This document shows, one piece after another, positions 1 through 9,083 of a stretch of 64,000 bases of DNA (positions are counted from its first letter, which is position 1; each line of letters begins with the position of its first letter). Source of the stretch: an uncultured bacterium (GTDB lineage: Bacteria; Krumholzibacteriota; Krumholzibacteriia; LZORAL124-64-63); the NCBI GenBank assembly GCA_937910695.1, contig CALEMW010000069.1, positions 17,933-81,932 of the forward strand. Reading direction: 5' to 3'. The position numbers were made by a program, and so were the translations under genes. The notes beneath the pieces are model-generated. The model made no database searches and had not been told where the DNA came from. It saw only the letters and a program-made list of their open reading frames with translations.

Positions 1-520
1 CGATGTCGAAGTAGTTGTAGAGCATGCGTCCGCCGCTGAGCCGTTCGAAGATGTTGAGGATCTCCTCGCGCTCGCGGAAGCAGTACAGCAGCGGCGTCCA
101 GGCGCCCATGTCCAGCCCGAAGGTGCCGATGGCGATCAGATGGCTGGCGATGCGCTGCAGTTCGGCGCAGATCACGCGGATGTACTGGGCCCGCTCGGGG
201 ACCTCGACCTCGAGCATGTTCTCCACGGCCACGGCGTAGCCGAAGTTCATGTTCATGGGCGCGAGGTAGTCGAAGCGGTCGGTGTAGACCATCCACTGCC
301 GCCAGTCGCAGCCTTCGGCGATCTTCTCGGCGCAGCGGTGCAGGTAGCCCAGGTACGGCGTCACGCTCTGGACGATTTCGCCGTCGGTCTTCACGAGCAG
401 CCGCAGCACGCCGTGGGTGGCGGGGTGCTGGGGACCCATGTTGATTTCGAGAAGCTCCGACTGCTGGACGCGGGGCTTGTCCTGGTGCTCCCAGCCGTGG
501 GTGACGGTCGTGTCGCTCAT
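1..520 (-). CDS. nuoD: NADH-quinone oxidoreductase subunit D (5' part; runs off the window)
   Basis: Not in the ORF track. Manual translation from ATG at 520 gives MSDTTVTHGWEHQDKPRVQQSELLEINMGPQHPATHGVLRL...PYLGYLHRCAEK, containing the NuoD signatures GPQHP.THGVLRL and GYLHR. The start overlaps the nuoC stop (TGATG). Confidence 0.95.
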   Translation of the reverse strand, partial: MSDTTVTHGWEHQDKPRVQQSELLEINMGPQHPATHGVLRLLVKTDGEIVQSVTPYLGYLHRCAEKIAEGCDWRQWMVYTDRFDYLAPMNMNFGYAVAVENMLEVEVPERAQYIRVICAELQRIASHLIAIGTFGLDMGAWTPLLYCFREREEILNIFERLSGGRMLYNYFDI

Positions 521-1152
521 CAGCCCTGCCCCCCTTCGGGTTTCGTGGGCAGCACCACGTCGGCCTCGTTGAACGGATTCGCCGCGTAGGACCGGCCCTC
601 GAGGGGCACGCCCTGCCACTGTGCGGGCATCTGGTAGTCCTTGCGCAGCGGGTGTCCCTCCCAGCCGTCTTCCAGCAGGATGCGGCGCAGGTCGGGATGG
701 CCGGTGAACGTGATGCCCACCAGATCGTAGGCCTCGCGCTCGTGCCAGGCGGCCGTGGGCCACAGGTGCGACACGGTCGGCACCTCGGCGGCATCGCGGG
801 GCACGCGCACGAACAGGCTGTACTTGTGGCCGTGGCGATGGGAGTAGCAGGCGTAGAAGACGCCGAGATCGCCGTCACCCACGCGGTCGCTGAGTTCGGG
901 CTTGCCCTCTTCGGTGTAGCCCAGAATGGCGACGCTCTTGCCCTTGCCCTCGGCGTCGTGGCCGTCCCAGTCGACGCCCGACAGGCACATCAGCTGCTCG
1001 AAGTGCAGTTCGGGCTCGTCGCGCAGCAGGGTCGCCGCCTCGGCGATCTTCGCGGCCGCGATGACGGTGCCCTTCTCGTAGCTGTCCACGTATTCGAGTG
1101 CCGCTTCGCCGAGCTTCGCGCAGAGCAGGTCGTGGATGGCGTTGGGTTCCAT
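520..1152 (-). CDS. nuoC: NADH-quinone oxidoreductase subunit C
   Basis: Start MEPNAIH at 1152 behind a GGAGG RBS; motif WHEREAYDLVGITFTGHPDLRRILL...GHPLRKDY. Confidence 0.95.
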   Translation of the reverse strand: MEPNAIHDLLCAKLGEAALEYVDSYEKGTVIAAAKIAEAATLLRDEPELHFEQLMCLSGVDWDGHDAEGKGKSVAILGYTEEGKPELSDRVGDGDLGVFYACYSHRHGHKYSLFVRVPRDAAEVPTVSHLWPTAAWHEREAYDLVGITFTGHPDLRRILLEDGWEGHPLRKDYQMPAQWQGVPLEGRSYAANPFNEADVVLPTKPEGGQG

Positions 1153-1154
1153 GG

Positions 1155-1793
1155 CTACCTCCCCTTTTCCGGCTTCACATAGGGGATCTTGCTGGCGTAG
1201 TCCTGCACCCATTTGGGCTGCACGAACTTGCCTTTGCGGCCGCGGATCTTGTCCTGCAGGCGCATCAGACCGTCCAGCAGCACCTCGGGGCGCGGCGGGC
1301 AGCCGGGAATGTACACATCGACGGGTACGATGAAGTCGACGCCCTTGACCACGTGGTAACCGTACTTGAAGTAGGGGCCGCCGCCGATGGCGCACGAGCC
1401 CATGGCCACGACCCACTTGGGCTCGGGCATCTGGTCGTAGATGCGCTTCAGACGCGAGGCCATCTTGGCGGTGACGGTGCCCGAGACGATCATCAGGTCC
1501 GCCTGGCGCGGCGTGGCGCGGAAGGCGCCGGCGCCGAAGCGGTCGATGTCGTAGCGGGTGGCCGAGGCGGCCATCATCTCGATGGCGCAGCAGGCGAGGC
1601 CGAAGGTCACCGGCCAGACCGAAGACAGGCGGGCCCAGTTGAACAGCTCATCCACGGTCGTCAGGATGAAGTTCTTGCTATCCGTCTCGCACAGCTTGTC
1701 CAGATCCTCCTCGACCTTGAAGTCGAGCATCTGTTCGCGCTGAGGGTCGTACCCTTCGGGCGGGGTCGTCGACTCTACGTAGTCCTTCTTCAT
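1155..1793 (-). CDS. nuoB: NADH-quinone oxidoreductase subunit B
   Basis: Start MKKDY at 1793; motifs [19 protein letters not shown] and [10 protein letters not shown]. Confidence 0.96.
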   Translation of the reverse strand: MKKDYVESTTPPEGYDPQREQMLDFKVEEDLDKLCETDSKNFILTTVDELFNWARLSSVWPVTFGLACCAIEMMAASATRYDIDRFGAGAFRATPRQADLMIVSGTVTAKMASRLKRIYDQMPEPKWVVAMGSCAIGGGPYFKYGYHVVKGVDFIVPVDVYIPGCPPRPEVLLDGLMRLQDKIRGRKGKFVQPKWVQDYASKIPYVKPEKGR

Positions 1794-2239
1794 TCCCCGC
1801 TCACCTCCGTTCCGTCGCGACGGACCAGGCCCTTGACCCAGTCCAGGTCGCCCTTGGCCCACACGTAAGCCAGGCCCAGCACCAGGATGGAGATGAAGAT
1901 CATCATCTCTACGAACACCAGGCTGCCGGCCACCGGGAAGAGGTCCCGGAACACCACGGCCCACGGGTAGAGGAAGATGACTTCCACGTCGAAGACGATG
2001 AAGAACAGGGCGATCAGGTAGAAGCGGATGTTGAAGCGGACCCAGGAAGACCCCACGGGCAGCTCGCCGCATTCGTAGGCCACGCCCTTCTCTCCGCCCG
2101 GCTTGCTCGGCCGCACGAGTTTGGCGACTCCCAGGGCCAGATTGCCGAAGAAGATGCCGAACAGCAGGAAGAGGAGGACCGTGACGTAGTTGGCGTGCAA
2201 CCCGGTGGTCACCGCCGCGAGGGTCGGCAGATGTGCCAT
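1790..2239 (-). CDS. nuoA: NADH-quinone oxidoreductase subunit A
   Basis: [12 protein letters not shown] and FLYPWA motifs, KGDLDW at the C-terminus, three TM segments; first gene of the nuo operon. Confidence 0.95.
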   Translation of the reverse strand: MAHLPTLAAVTTGLHANYVTVLLFLLFGIFFGNLALGVAKLVRPSKPGGEKGVAYECGELPVGSSWVRFNIRFYLIALFFIVFDVEVIFLYPWAVVFRDLFPVAGSLVFVEMMIFISILVLGLAYVWAKGDLDWVKGLVRRDGTEVSGE

Positions 2240-2559
2240 GAAGAAACCAGCCTGCGTTCAGGGTTCGCCGGGGGTCGAGCCGCGGCGCGAAAAAGAGGGC
2301 GTAATTGCCCCGAATTCCGCCGATCCGTGAACGCGACAAATAAGAGGTGCTGGCCTTGGGAGTGTCAAGAATTAGTGACCCGTCGTCATCACCGATAACC
2401 GAGTTCGTTTTCAGGACACTCGAGATCCGACGTCGACTCGAGTCCACATGGTGCCGATGGACGGCGTTCACCCTTGCCTCGCCTCACGTTTTGCAACAAG
2501 GTGTCGGTCGGTCCGTACCGTCCGGCTGCGCCGCCAACCGACTCTTCACAGGAGCGACG

Positions 2560-4536
2560 ATGCGCCTCGTTTTGATGATCGCGACTCTGTTCACCCTTCC
2601 CGCGGCGCTCCTGGCCGCACCCTCCGCTCCCCCCGACACCGTCCTGGTTGCCGACCTCATCGTCCTCGGCGACGCCGTCGGTGGAGCCGACCCAGCCGAC
2701 GTGACCCTCTCGGCCGACGCTCTGACCGCCGTCGCGCCCTGGAACGCCGGCGACCTCGAAGCTCTGCTCCCCGCCACGACCATCAACGTGAATTCCCGGG
2801 GAGAGTCGCTCTTGATGGTGCGCGGCGCCCCCGAACGCCATGTCACCGTATCGCTCGACGGCATTCCATTGACCGTGCCGTGGGACGAAAGAGCAGACCT
2901 GTCCCTGGTGCCCCTCGACGGTGTGACGTCTCTCCAGGCGGTGCGAGGCGCCTCGAGCCTGCTTCACGGCCCCAACGGCGTGGCCGGATCACTCGATCTG
3001 CGGACAAGTGGATCAGCACCCCGCGCCGCCGTGTCGTTCCTGAGCGCCGATGGTGGGGATTTCGCCGCCCGGGCCACACTCCGCTCCCACCGCGGGGACT
3101 GGCAGTGGCTCGCCGCGACTTCGTTCCGCAAAAGGGACGCCCTCATCCTTCCCGACGAAATCGACGCCCCCTTCCATCAAAGCGATCCCGACAAGCGCAC
3201 CAACACCGATCTACGCCAGGTTTCAGCCCTGTTGCGCGGTGTCCACGAACTCGATCACGGCGGACGACTGTCCGTACTCTTGCTGGCCTCTGATGCCGAA
3301 CGCGGCATTGCTCCGGAAACACACTTCGGCGACGGCGCCAGGCTCTGGCGTCTGCCACTGGTGCGCCGGGGACTGGCCGGCGTGCGTTACGAAAGCCCGG
3401 TCGGCCCCGACTGGAGTCTGGACGCGGCGGCCGCCCTCGACATGTTCGCCCAGGATATTCGACCCTATACGACCGATGCCTACGACGACCCCGAACTCGT
3501 CGCCGACGATGAGCTGGAACAAGGACGCGACCTCACCGGCCATCTGCGGCTCGGCATGCGCCGGAATCTTGCGGGATTGTCACACTTGAACCTGCTGATC
3601 CAGGGCCGCACCAGCCGTCATCGTGAACGTCTGATCGTGGACGGACCGTCCACGCACTACTCCCAACTGCTGACCTCGAGCGTCGCCGAGCTGAATATCA
3701 TACCTGACGCTCCTTGGACCCTGCGACTCGGCGTCGGCATCGATGCTGCAGCCACACCCTCGTCAGGACACAATCCGCGCCATGACGCCATGACCTCACC
3801 TTCTCTGCTCACCCGCTTCACCCACGATGTCGGGAGCGCGGCCCAAATTCATATCGCAGCATCTCGCCGCAGTCGTTTTCCCGCCCTGCGCGAACTCTAT
3901 TCGGGCGCCCTGGGGCGCTTCGTCCCCAACCCCGAACTCGACCCCGAGCACCAAACGCTGCTGGAGGCCGGCTTTGCCTCTCGCGGAATGGGCTGGGAAG
4001 CCAGCCTCACGACTTTCGCAGCCAGACTCGACGACGGCATCGAAAAATCGTCTCTCGAGAGCGGCCAGTTCATGCGCGTGAACCGTTGGCGGATCCACAC
4101 CCGCGGCATCGAACTCGTGGTTTCGCGACGGCTCACCAACAGCCTCACCATCGGCGTGCACCACTCCCTGCTGCACGCCCGAGTGGACGACGGCGCCGAC
4201 ACATCCCAGCGCCCAGCCGAAGACCGTCCCTCGTACCAGGGATCGATGCTCGCCGAATGGCGAACACCTGCCGGTTGGCACTTGAGTTTGGTGGGCAGTT
4301 GGCTCGGTCGTCGCACCAGCGCCGATGTTACCGACACCGTCGATGGCATGATGGACCTGGATTCAGAAGCATGGTGGGATGCCTGGCTGGGCAAGAGCTT
4401 CAAGCGAGGCGTGGGGGGTGAACTGGAGGTAAGGATCGGAGTCCGGAATATCGGAGATGCCGTGATCTGGGAACAGGCGGGCCTACCGGGAGCAGGGCGC
4501 ACGATCACCGGCAACATTCAGCTGTCGTTGTTCTAG
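2560..4536 (+). CDS. TonB-dependent outer membrane receptor
   Basis: ATG at 2560 behind a GGAG RBS; signal peptide; plug motifs (SLDGIPL, VRGASSLLHGPNGVAGSL); FPALRELY, NPELDPE, GVRNI and a PGAGRT...LSLF beta-signal. Confidence 0.9.
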   Translation: MRLVLMIATLFTLPAALLAAPSAPPDTVLVADLIVLGDAVGGADPADVTLSADALTAVAPWNAGDLEALLPATTINVNSRGESLLMVRGAPERHVTVSLDGIPLTVPWDERADLSLVPLDGVTSLQAVRGASSLLHGPNGVAGSLDLRTSGSAPRAAVSFLSADGGDFAARATLRSHRGDWQWLAATSFRKRDALILPDEIDAPFHQSDPDKRTNTDLRQVSALLRGVHELDHGGRLSVLLLASDAERGIAPETHFGDGARLWRLPLVRRGLAGVRYESPVGPDWSLDAAAALDMFAQDIRPYTTDAYDDPELVADDELEQGRDLTGHLRLGMRRNLAGLSHLNLLIQGRTSRHRERLIVDGPSTHYSQLLTSSVAELNIIPDAPWTLRLGVGIDAAATPSSGHNPRHDAMTSPSLLTRFTHDVGSAAQIHIAASRRSRFPALRELYSGALGRFVPNPELDPEHQTLLEAGFASRGMGWEASLTTFAARLDDGIEKSSLESGQFMRVNRWRIHTRGIELVVSRRLTNSLTIGVHHSLLHARVDDGADTSQRPAEDRPSYQGSMLAEWRTPAGWHLSLVGSWLGRRTSADVTDTVDGMMDLDSEAWWDAWLGKSFKRGVGGELEVRIGVRNIGDAVIWEQAGLPGAGRTITGNIQLSLF

Positions 4537-4590
4537 TCGTTGAGGAGCCCCTGGCCTATTGATCCGGTATGCCGAATGACCACCCCGAAG

Positions 4591-6894
4591 CTACATCTTT
4601 TCCACAACCGTCAACATACTCACAGCCTTTTTGAGATCCCCCAGCTTGTACGGTTTCTTGATGTAGCTGGTGCGCCGGTATGTGATCAGTAGATCGGACA
4701 CATCCTGCTCCTCGTACCCGCTGGTGAGCAATACCGGCATATCGGGATCGATGTTCTTGATGGCGAGGCAGGCTTCACGCCCATCCATTTCGGGCATAGT
4801 GAGATCCATCAGGACGAGGTCGATGTTCTCGCGTCCCTCGCGGAATATTTCGACGCCCTCGCGGCCGTTCTCCGCCATCGTCACACGACAACCCAACCAG
4901 CGGAACATGCTCTCGACGATCTTCCGCACCTCCTGCTCATCGTCGACGACCAGAACGTGCAGGGAACCTACGGTAAGATTGGTTTCATCGCCTGTCGAAG
5001 ATCTCGAATCGACAGCACCCTCGATGTCGATCGGCAGCATGATGCGCATCAGAGTGCCTTGGCCTTCGGTCGATTCCACTTCGATTTCGCCGTTGTGGCT
5101 CCGCACGATTCCTACCAGCGACGCCAAACCGAGTCCCCTTCCGGTGAACTTGGTCGTGAAGAACGGATCGAAGATCTGTTTCTTGACCTCTGCGTTCATG
5201 CCGCACCCGTCATCGCGGACTTCGAGGCAGGCACAGCAGACGGTCATATCTTCCAAGGACGACTCCACCATGTACGTCCGCAATTCGATCACTCCGCTGC
5301 CGTCCTCCAGGGAGTCGGCTGCATTGGTGATCAGATTCATGACCACCTGTCCGACCTGGGAGATATCGACCCTCACGGGCAGCGGTTCCGTTGACAATTC
5401 GAGCCGGAATTCGGCCTTCTTCGGCATGGCGACACGCAGTACGCTGGCCATGTCTTCTACGATGGCGTTGAGATCGATCGACTCGATCACGTAACTCCCG
5501 CGACCTGAGAACGCGAGCATCTGCTGACAGAGTTCCACGGCCTTGTGCGACGCCTTTGCCGCATCTCCAAGATTCACTCGAGCCGGCGAATCGGCACTCA
5601 GGTCCATCAGCGATAGATCGATGTTACCGAGAATGGCCATCAGAAGATTATTGAAGTCGTGAGCGATGCCTCCTGCAAGCACGCCGAGGCTTTCGAGTTT
5701 CTGGGCATGACGCATCTGCTCTTCGATGTGTCGTTCCCGTTCGGCGGCGTGTCTCTGTTCGGTCACGTCTCGTCCCACGACAAGCAGGCTCGAGCGGGCG
5801 CCGTCGTCGGCGAACATCGGTACACGGATGGTGTCGAAGATCAGATCGTCGCGACCGTCACGCGAAACTTCCTCATCGCCACGACTCGACCTACCGAGAC
5901 GCCAAGCTTCTTCGTCCATCGTTACAAGCGACAACAACGCCCCCCTGATGCACCCAGGCTCGAGTGCCAGGTCGGAAGCGGATTTTCCCCGATAGTCCAC
6001 TCCCTGGAGGCCGTAGAGACTCAACATGGCGGTGTTGGTCACCAGCCAACGATCCTCGCCGTCCTTGAAACAAACAAGGTCAGGTATGGTGTCGATCAAG
6101 GACCGCAAGCGACTTTCGCTCTGCTCCAGGGCGGCGCTGGCCTCATGGATCGTCCGTGCGTTGAGTAACAATCTCCAGGTGGCGAAGCCGATTCCTACGA
6201 TACCGAAAAACCAGACTCCCGCGATGCCCATGATCACCGCCCGGCGCCTGCCGTCCTCGCTGGCCCGGAACGAAGCGAGCGCCACGCTCACACCGACACC
6301 ACCGCGGATATCGCCGATCTGATATCCCTGATGACCATGACACTTGAGACACCCCTGCTGGGTGATCATCGGACGCATGTAACGCAGTCGGCCGCCTTGG
6401 TCGTCAGCCACCACCTGCAAGGCTTCCTCGGCACCGTTCTGGAACGACAGCAGGCTGGCCCGCTCCCAGTCGTCCGGTGCATTGTTCGGGTTCAGAGGGT
6501 TCAAGCTGGTGATGTGACCCGTGACACCCTCCTCGTCGCCCTGTTCCTCCTGAAACTGGCGGATGATGTAGGCGGGATTCATCAAGGTCAGCTGGCGGCC
6601 ACCGGGTGTCACAATATCGCGGTCAGGAATATGGGACAGGTAGGGGCTCGGCGGTGTCCGATCGTCGACGGGAACATAGACCCCGCCGTGGCGTGTGGCC
6701 CATTCCCTGAAAACGCGGTCCTTGTAGTGGTGAGCTCGGGCCATCTCTGTGGCCGAACGCATCAGCAGATCTTCACCGTTGTGACGATCCCACACGCCGT
6801 AAACGATACAGATGGCCGTCCATACCACCACGAGAATGACGGCGGTGCTGCTGATCCTGTGGACGAGACTGTTTCCGGCTGTACCTCTCGACAT
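4591..6894 (-). CDS. Hybrid sensor histidine kinase: periplasmic heme-c sensor (DUF3365/Tll0287-like), PAS, HisKA, HATPase, receiver
   Basis: CLKCH between two TM helices; H-box GGIAHDFNNLL; FDPFFTTK..GRGLGL; receiver DD...DLTMP...KP. The start is uncertain (6894 or 6963). Confidence 0.9.
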   Translation of the reverse strand: MSRGTAGNSLVHRISSTAVILVVVWTAICIVYGVWDRHNGEDLLMRSATEMARAHHYKDRVFREWATRHGGVYVPVDDRTPPSPYLSHIPDRDIVTPGGRQLTLMNPAYIIRQFQEEQGDEEGVTGHITSLNPLNPNNAPDDWERASLLSFQNGAEEALQVVADDQGGRLRYMRPMITQQGCLKCHGHQGYQIGDIRGGVGVSVALASFRASEDGRRRAVIMGIAGVWFFGIVGIGFATWRLLLNARTIHEASAALEQSESRLRSLIDTIPDLVCFKDGEDRWLVTNTAMLSLYGLQGVDYRGKSASDLALEPGCIRGALLSLVTMDEEAWRLGRSSRGDEEVSRDGRDDLIFDTIRVPMFADDGARSSLLVVGRDVTEQRHAAERERHIEEQMRHAQKLESLGVLAGGIAHDFNNLLMAILGNIDLSLMDLSADSPARVNLGDAAKASHKAVELCQQMLAFSGRGSYVIESIDLNAIVEDMASVLRVAMPKKAEFRLELSTEPLPVRVDISQVGQVVMNLITNAADSLEDGSGVIELRTYMVESSLEDMTVCCACLEVRDDGCGMNAEVKKQIFDPFFTTKFTGRGLGLASLVGIVRSHNGEIEVESTEGQGTLMRIMLPIDIEGAVDSRSSTGDETNLTVGSLHVLVVDDEQEVRKIVESMFRWLGCRVTMAENGREGVEIFREGRENIDLVLMDLTMPEMDGREACLAIKNIDPDMPVLLTSGYEEQDVSDLLITYRRTSYIKKPYKLGDLKKAVSMLTVVEKM

Positions 6895-7271
6895 GAGCAC
6901 GCACCCTGGTTGGGGACGGCTGGTTGGAGAATCGGTACGAGAAATCGATCCTCCGCAACTCAAGACCGGTGTTCACATGACCACGATTGAGTCTTTTCCG
7001 GAGGGAAACGACTAGACCTGACCGTATCACCAGCTCAGGAAATAGTCACCCGTCATATTGGTAGGTATTTTTCAATAAGCCTGATTCCAACCAGGTGATA
7101 GGCAGTACATAACTCCTTGTATTCCGATATTCTTCAAAGCGCAGATGAATTGATCGTAATCAGCAAATCCTACAATGTTTCATCTAGATTTTGTCGCGAC
7201 AAGAATATGCAGTATCAACGTGTTTAATCTTGGACAACGCCTAAATTCATCCTAGTTTTTCCGTAGTGCAT

Positions 7272-7290
7272 GATAATGGTTCTCATTATT
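7272..7290 (+). promoter_or_regulatory. Fur-box-like operator
   Basis: GATAATGGTTCTCATTATT matches the E. coli Fur consensus GATAATGATAATCATTATC at 15/19 positions; ends 33 bp upstream of the porin ATG, in an AT-rich intergenic region. Confidence 0.75.
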
Positions 7291-7323
7291 GCCTGGACTC
7301 CTTCTTCGACCGGAGGCTTTTCC

Positions 7324-8466
7324 ATGACCCGTGGACGCTTCTCCCTCACAGCCTTGTTGGTCATCGTCCTGTTCATCCTCCCCGCCGTCGCCGCCCCTCG
7401 CCCCGAACTCCCCGGCGGCATCACCGACAAGCCCTACCTGGGCCGCGGCGGCGCCGACGTGATGATCGGCGGCTATATGGACCACGAGTTCCTGTGGACC
7501 GACAGCGCCAACACCTTCGACGCCCACCGCTTCGTGCCGTTCATCACCGCCCGCGTATCCGACCGCGTCACCGTGTCGACGGAGATCGAGTTCGAACACG
7601 GCGGCAACTTGGGTGGCGACGGCGAAGTGAAGCTCGAATACGCGGTCATGGACTTCAGCCTGAACGAGAAGGTGAGCTTCCGCGGTGGTGTGATCCTCTC
7701 GCCCTTGGGAGCCTTCAATCTGCGCCACGACTCCCCGCTCAACGACCTCACGGCACGGCCGACGGTCGACCGCCAACTCATTCCCTCGACCTTGAGCGAG
7801 TCGGGCATGGGCTTCTTCGGATCGTTGTACCCAAGCGACGAGAGCGCCCTGAGCTATGAAGTCTACCTGGTCAACGGATTCAACGAAGACGTGCTCTCAG
7901 GTGAGGCCGGCGCGAAGAAGCTGCGAATCCGCAGCGGCCGGGGCAGCCAGAAAATGGACAACAATGAGAACAAAGCCATCACGGGCCGCCTCGGTTTCAG
8001 CCCCCGCCTGGGTCTCGACCTCGGTCTTTCGACCCATACCGGCAAGTACGACGACGACGGCGAGAAGACCCTGACGATCACAGCTCTTGACGGCGCCGCC
8101 TCGTTCGGCGCCTTGGAGTTGACCGGCGAATTCGCCGTCGCATCGGCAGACGTCGACCAAAACGCTGAGCCCGGACTCGCGGAAGCCCAGCGTGGTGCCT
8201 ACGTCCAGACATCTTGGCACATTATGCACGATCGCCTGCTCGACGGATCGGTCGTGACCCTGACCGCCCGCGGCGACGTGATGGACTTCGACTCCGACAT
8301 CGACGGCGACAAGGAAGAGGGCCTGACCCTCGGTGTGAACCTGCGCCCCACCGAAGAAACCGTCTTCAAGCTCGACTGGAACCGCAGCTGGACGACGGCC
8401 CGCAACAGCACCGAACAAGGTGACGGCGAGGACCGGATCTCTTTCTCGTTCGCCACCTACTTCTAG
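7324..8466 (+). CDS. Outer-membrane beta-barrel porin (OprO/P-like)
   Basis: GGAGG RBS, signal peptide, EIEFEHG and LEYA..D motifs, alternating beta-strands, C-terminal FSFATYF. Confidence 0.8.
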   Translation: MTRGRFSLTALLVIVLFILPAVAAPRPELPGGITDKPYLGRGGADVMIGGYMDHEFLWTDSANTFDAHRFVPFITARVSDRVTVSTEIEFEHGGNLGGDGEVKLEYAVMDFSLNEKVSFRGGVILSPLGAFNLRHDSPLNDLTARPTVDRQLIPSTLSESGMGFFGSLYPSDESALSYEVYLVNGFNEDVLSGEAGAKKLRIRSGRGSQKMDNNENKAITGRLGFSPRLGLDLGLSTHTGKYDDDGEKTLTITALDGAASFGALELTGEFAVASADVDQNAEPGLAEAQRGAYVQTSWHIMHDRLLDGSVVTLTARGDVMDFDSDIDGDKEEGLTLGVNLRPTEETVFKLDWNRSWTTARNSTEQGDGEDRISFSFATYF

Positions 8467-8475
8467 GAGCCGCCG

Positions 8476-9045
8476 GTGTTCGTTCGAAACGCTTTGTTAT
8501 GGTTCGTCCTGCTCGGCGTCGGTTCAGCCGACGCCGGGGAGCGCACGTGGTACCGACCCACAGTCTTCCAGTCCTTCGACGCCGCGGTATCCGAAGTGTT
8601 CGCCGGTGCCGACTCGGTCTGGAGCGAGACCTGGACGCCCACGACCGAGGAACGAACCGCCCTCGACGAGCGCCTGGGCGAACACGTTTCAGAATCCTCG
8701 TTCACTTTCCACCGCGGCCGTCTCGGCTCTCACGACATGGGCTGGGCCCTGGTGCTCGACGAGATCGGTCTGCACGAACCCATCACCCATCTCGTGAAGA
8801 TCGACGACGACGGCACGATCGCAGACGTTCGGATCCTTGTGTTCCGTGAAACCCGCGGCGACGCGATCAAACGACCGCGCTTCCTCCAACAGTTCCGGGG
8901 CAAGACCGGACGGGATCGTTTGACGGTGGGGAGGGACATCGACGCCGTAACCGGGGCTACGTATTCCTCAAAGGCGATCACGCGCGGCGTGCGCAAGGCG
9001 TTGGCTCTTGTGGCTGCGAGATACGAAAATCGCCGGGACCGATGA
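8476..9045 (+). CDS. FMN-binding (flavinylated) extracytoplasmic protein
   Basis: GTG start behind AGGAG; signal peptide; RET.G and F..QF.GK motifs; flavinylation motif IDAVTGATYSS. Confidence 0.88.
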   Translation: MFVRNALLWFVLLGVGSADAGERTWYRPTVFQSFDAAVSEVFAGADSVWSETWTPTTEERTALDERLGEHVSESSFTFHRGRLGSHDMGWALVLDEIGLHEPITHLVKIDDDGTIADVRILVFRETRGDAIKRPRFLQQFRGKTGRDRLTVGRDIDAVTGATYSSKAITRGVRKALALVAARYENRRDR

Positions 9046-9083
9046 TAGATACATCGGTCCCGGCGTAGGCTGGAAATCCTCTC

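Noticed and set aside
2240..2559. Possible cobalamin riboswitch or sigma54 promoter upstream of the TonB-dependent receptor
   Set aside because: I could not recognise a B12-box core, and the candidate -24 element lacks the invariant GG. An Infernal scan would be needed to exclude a riboswitch fully.
7110..7122. IHF-like site (minus strand ATACAAGGAGTTA)
   Set aside because: Only a partial match to a degenerate consensus in an AT-rich region.
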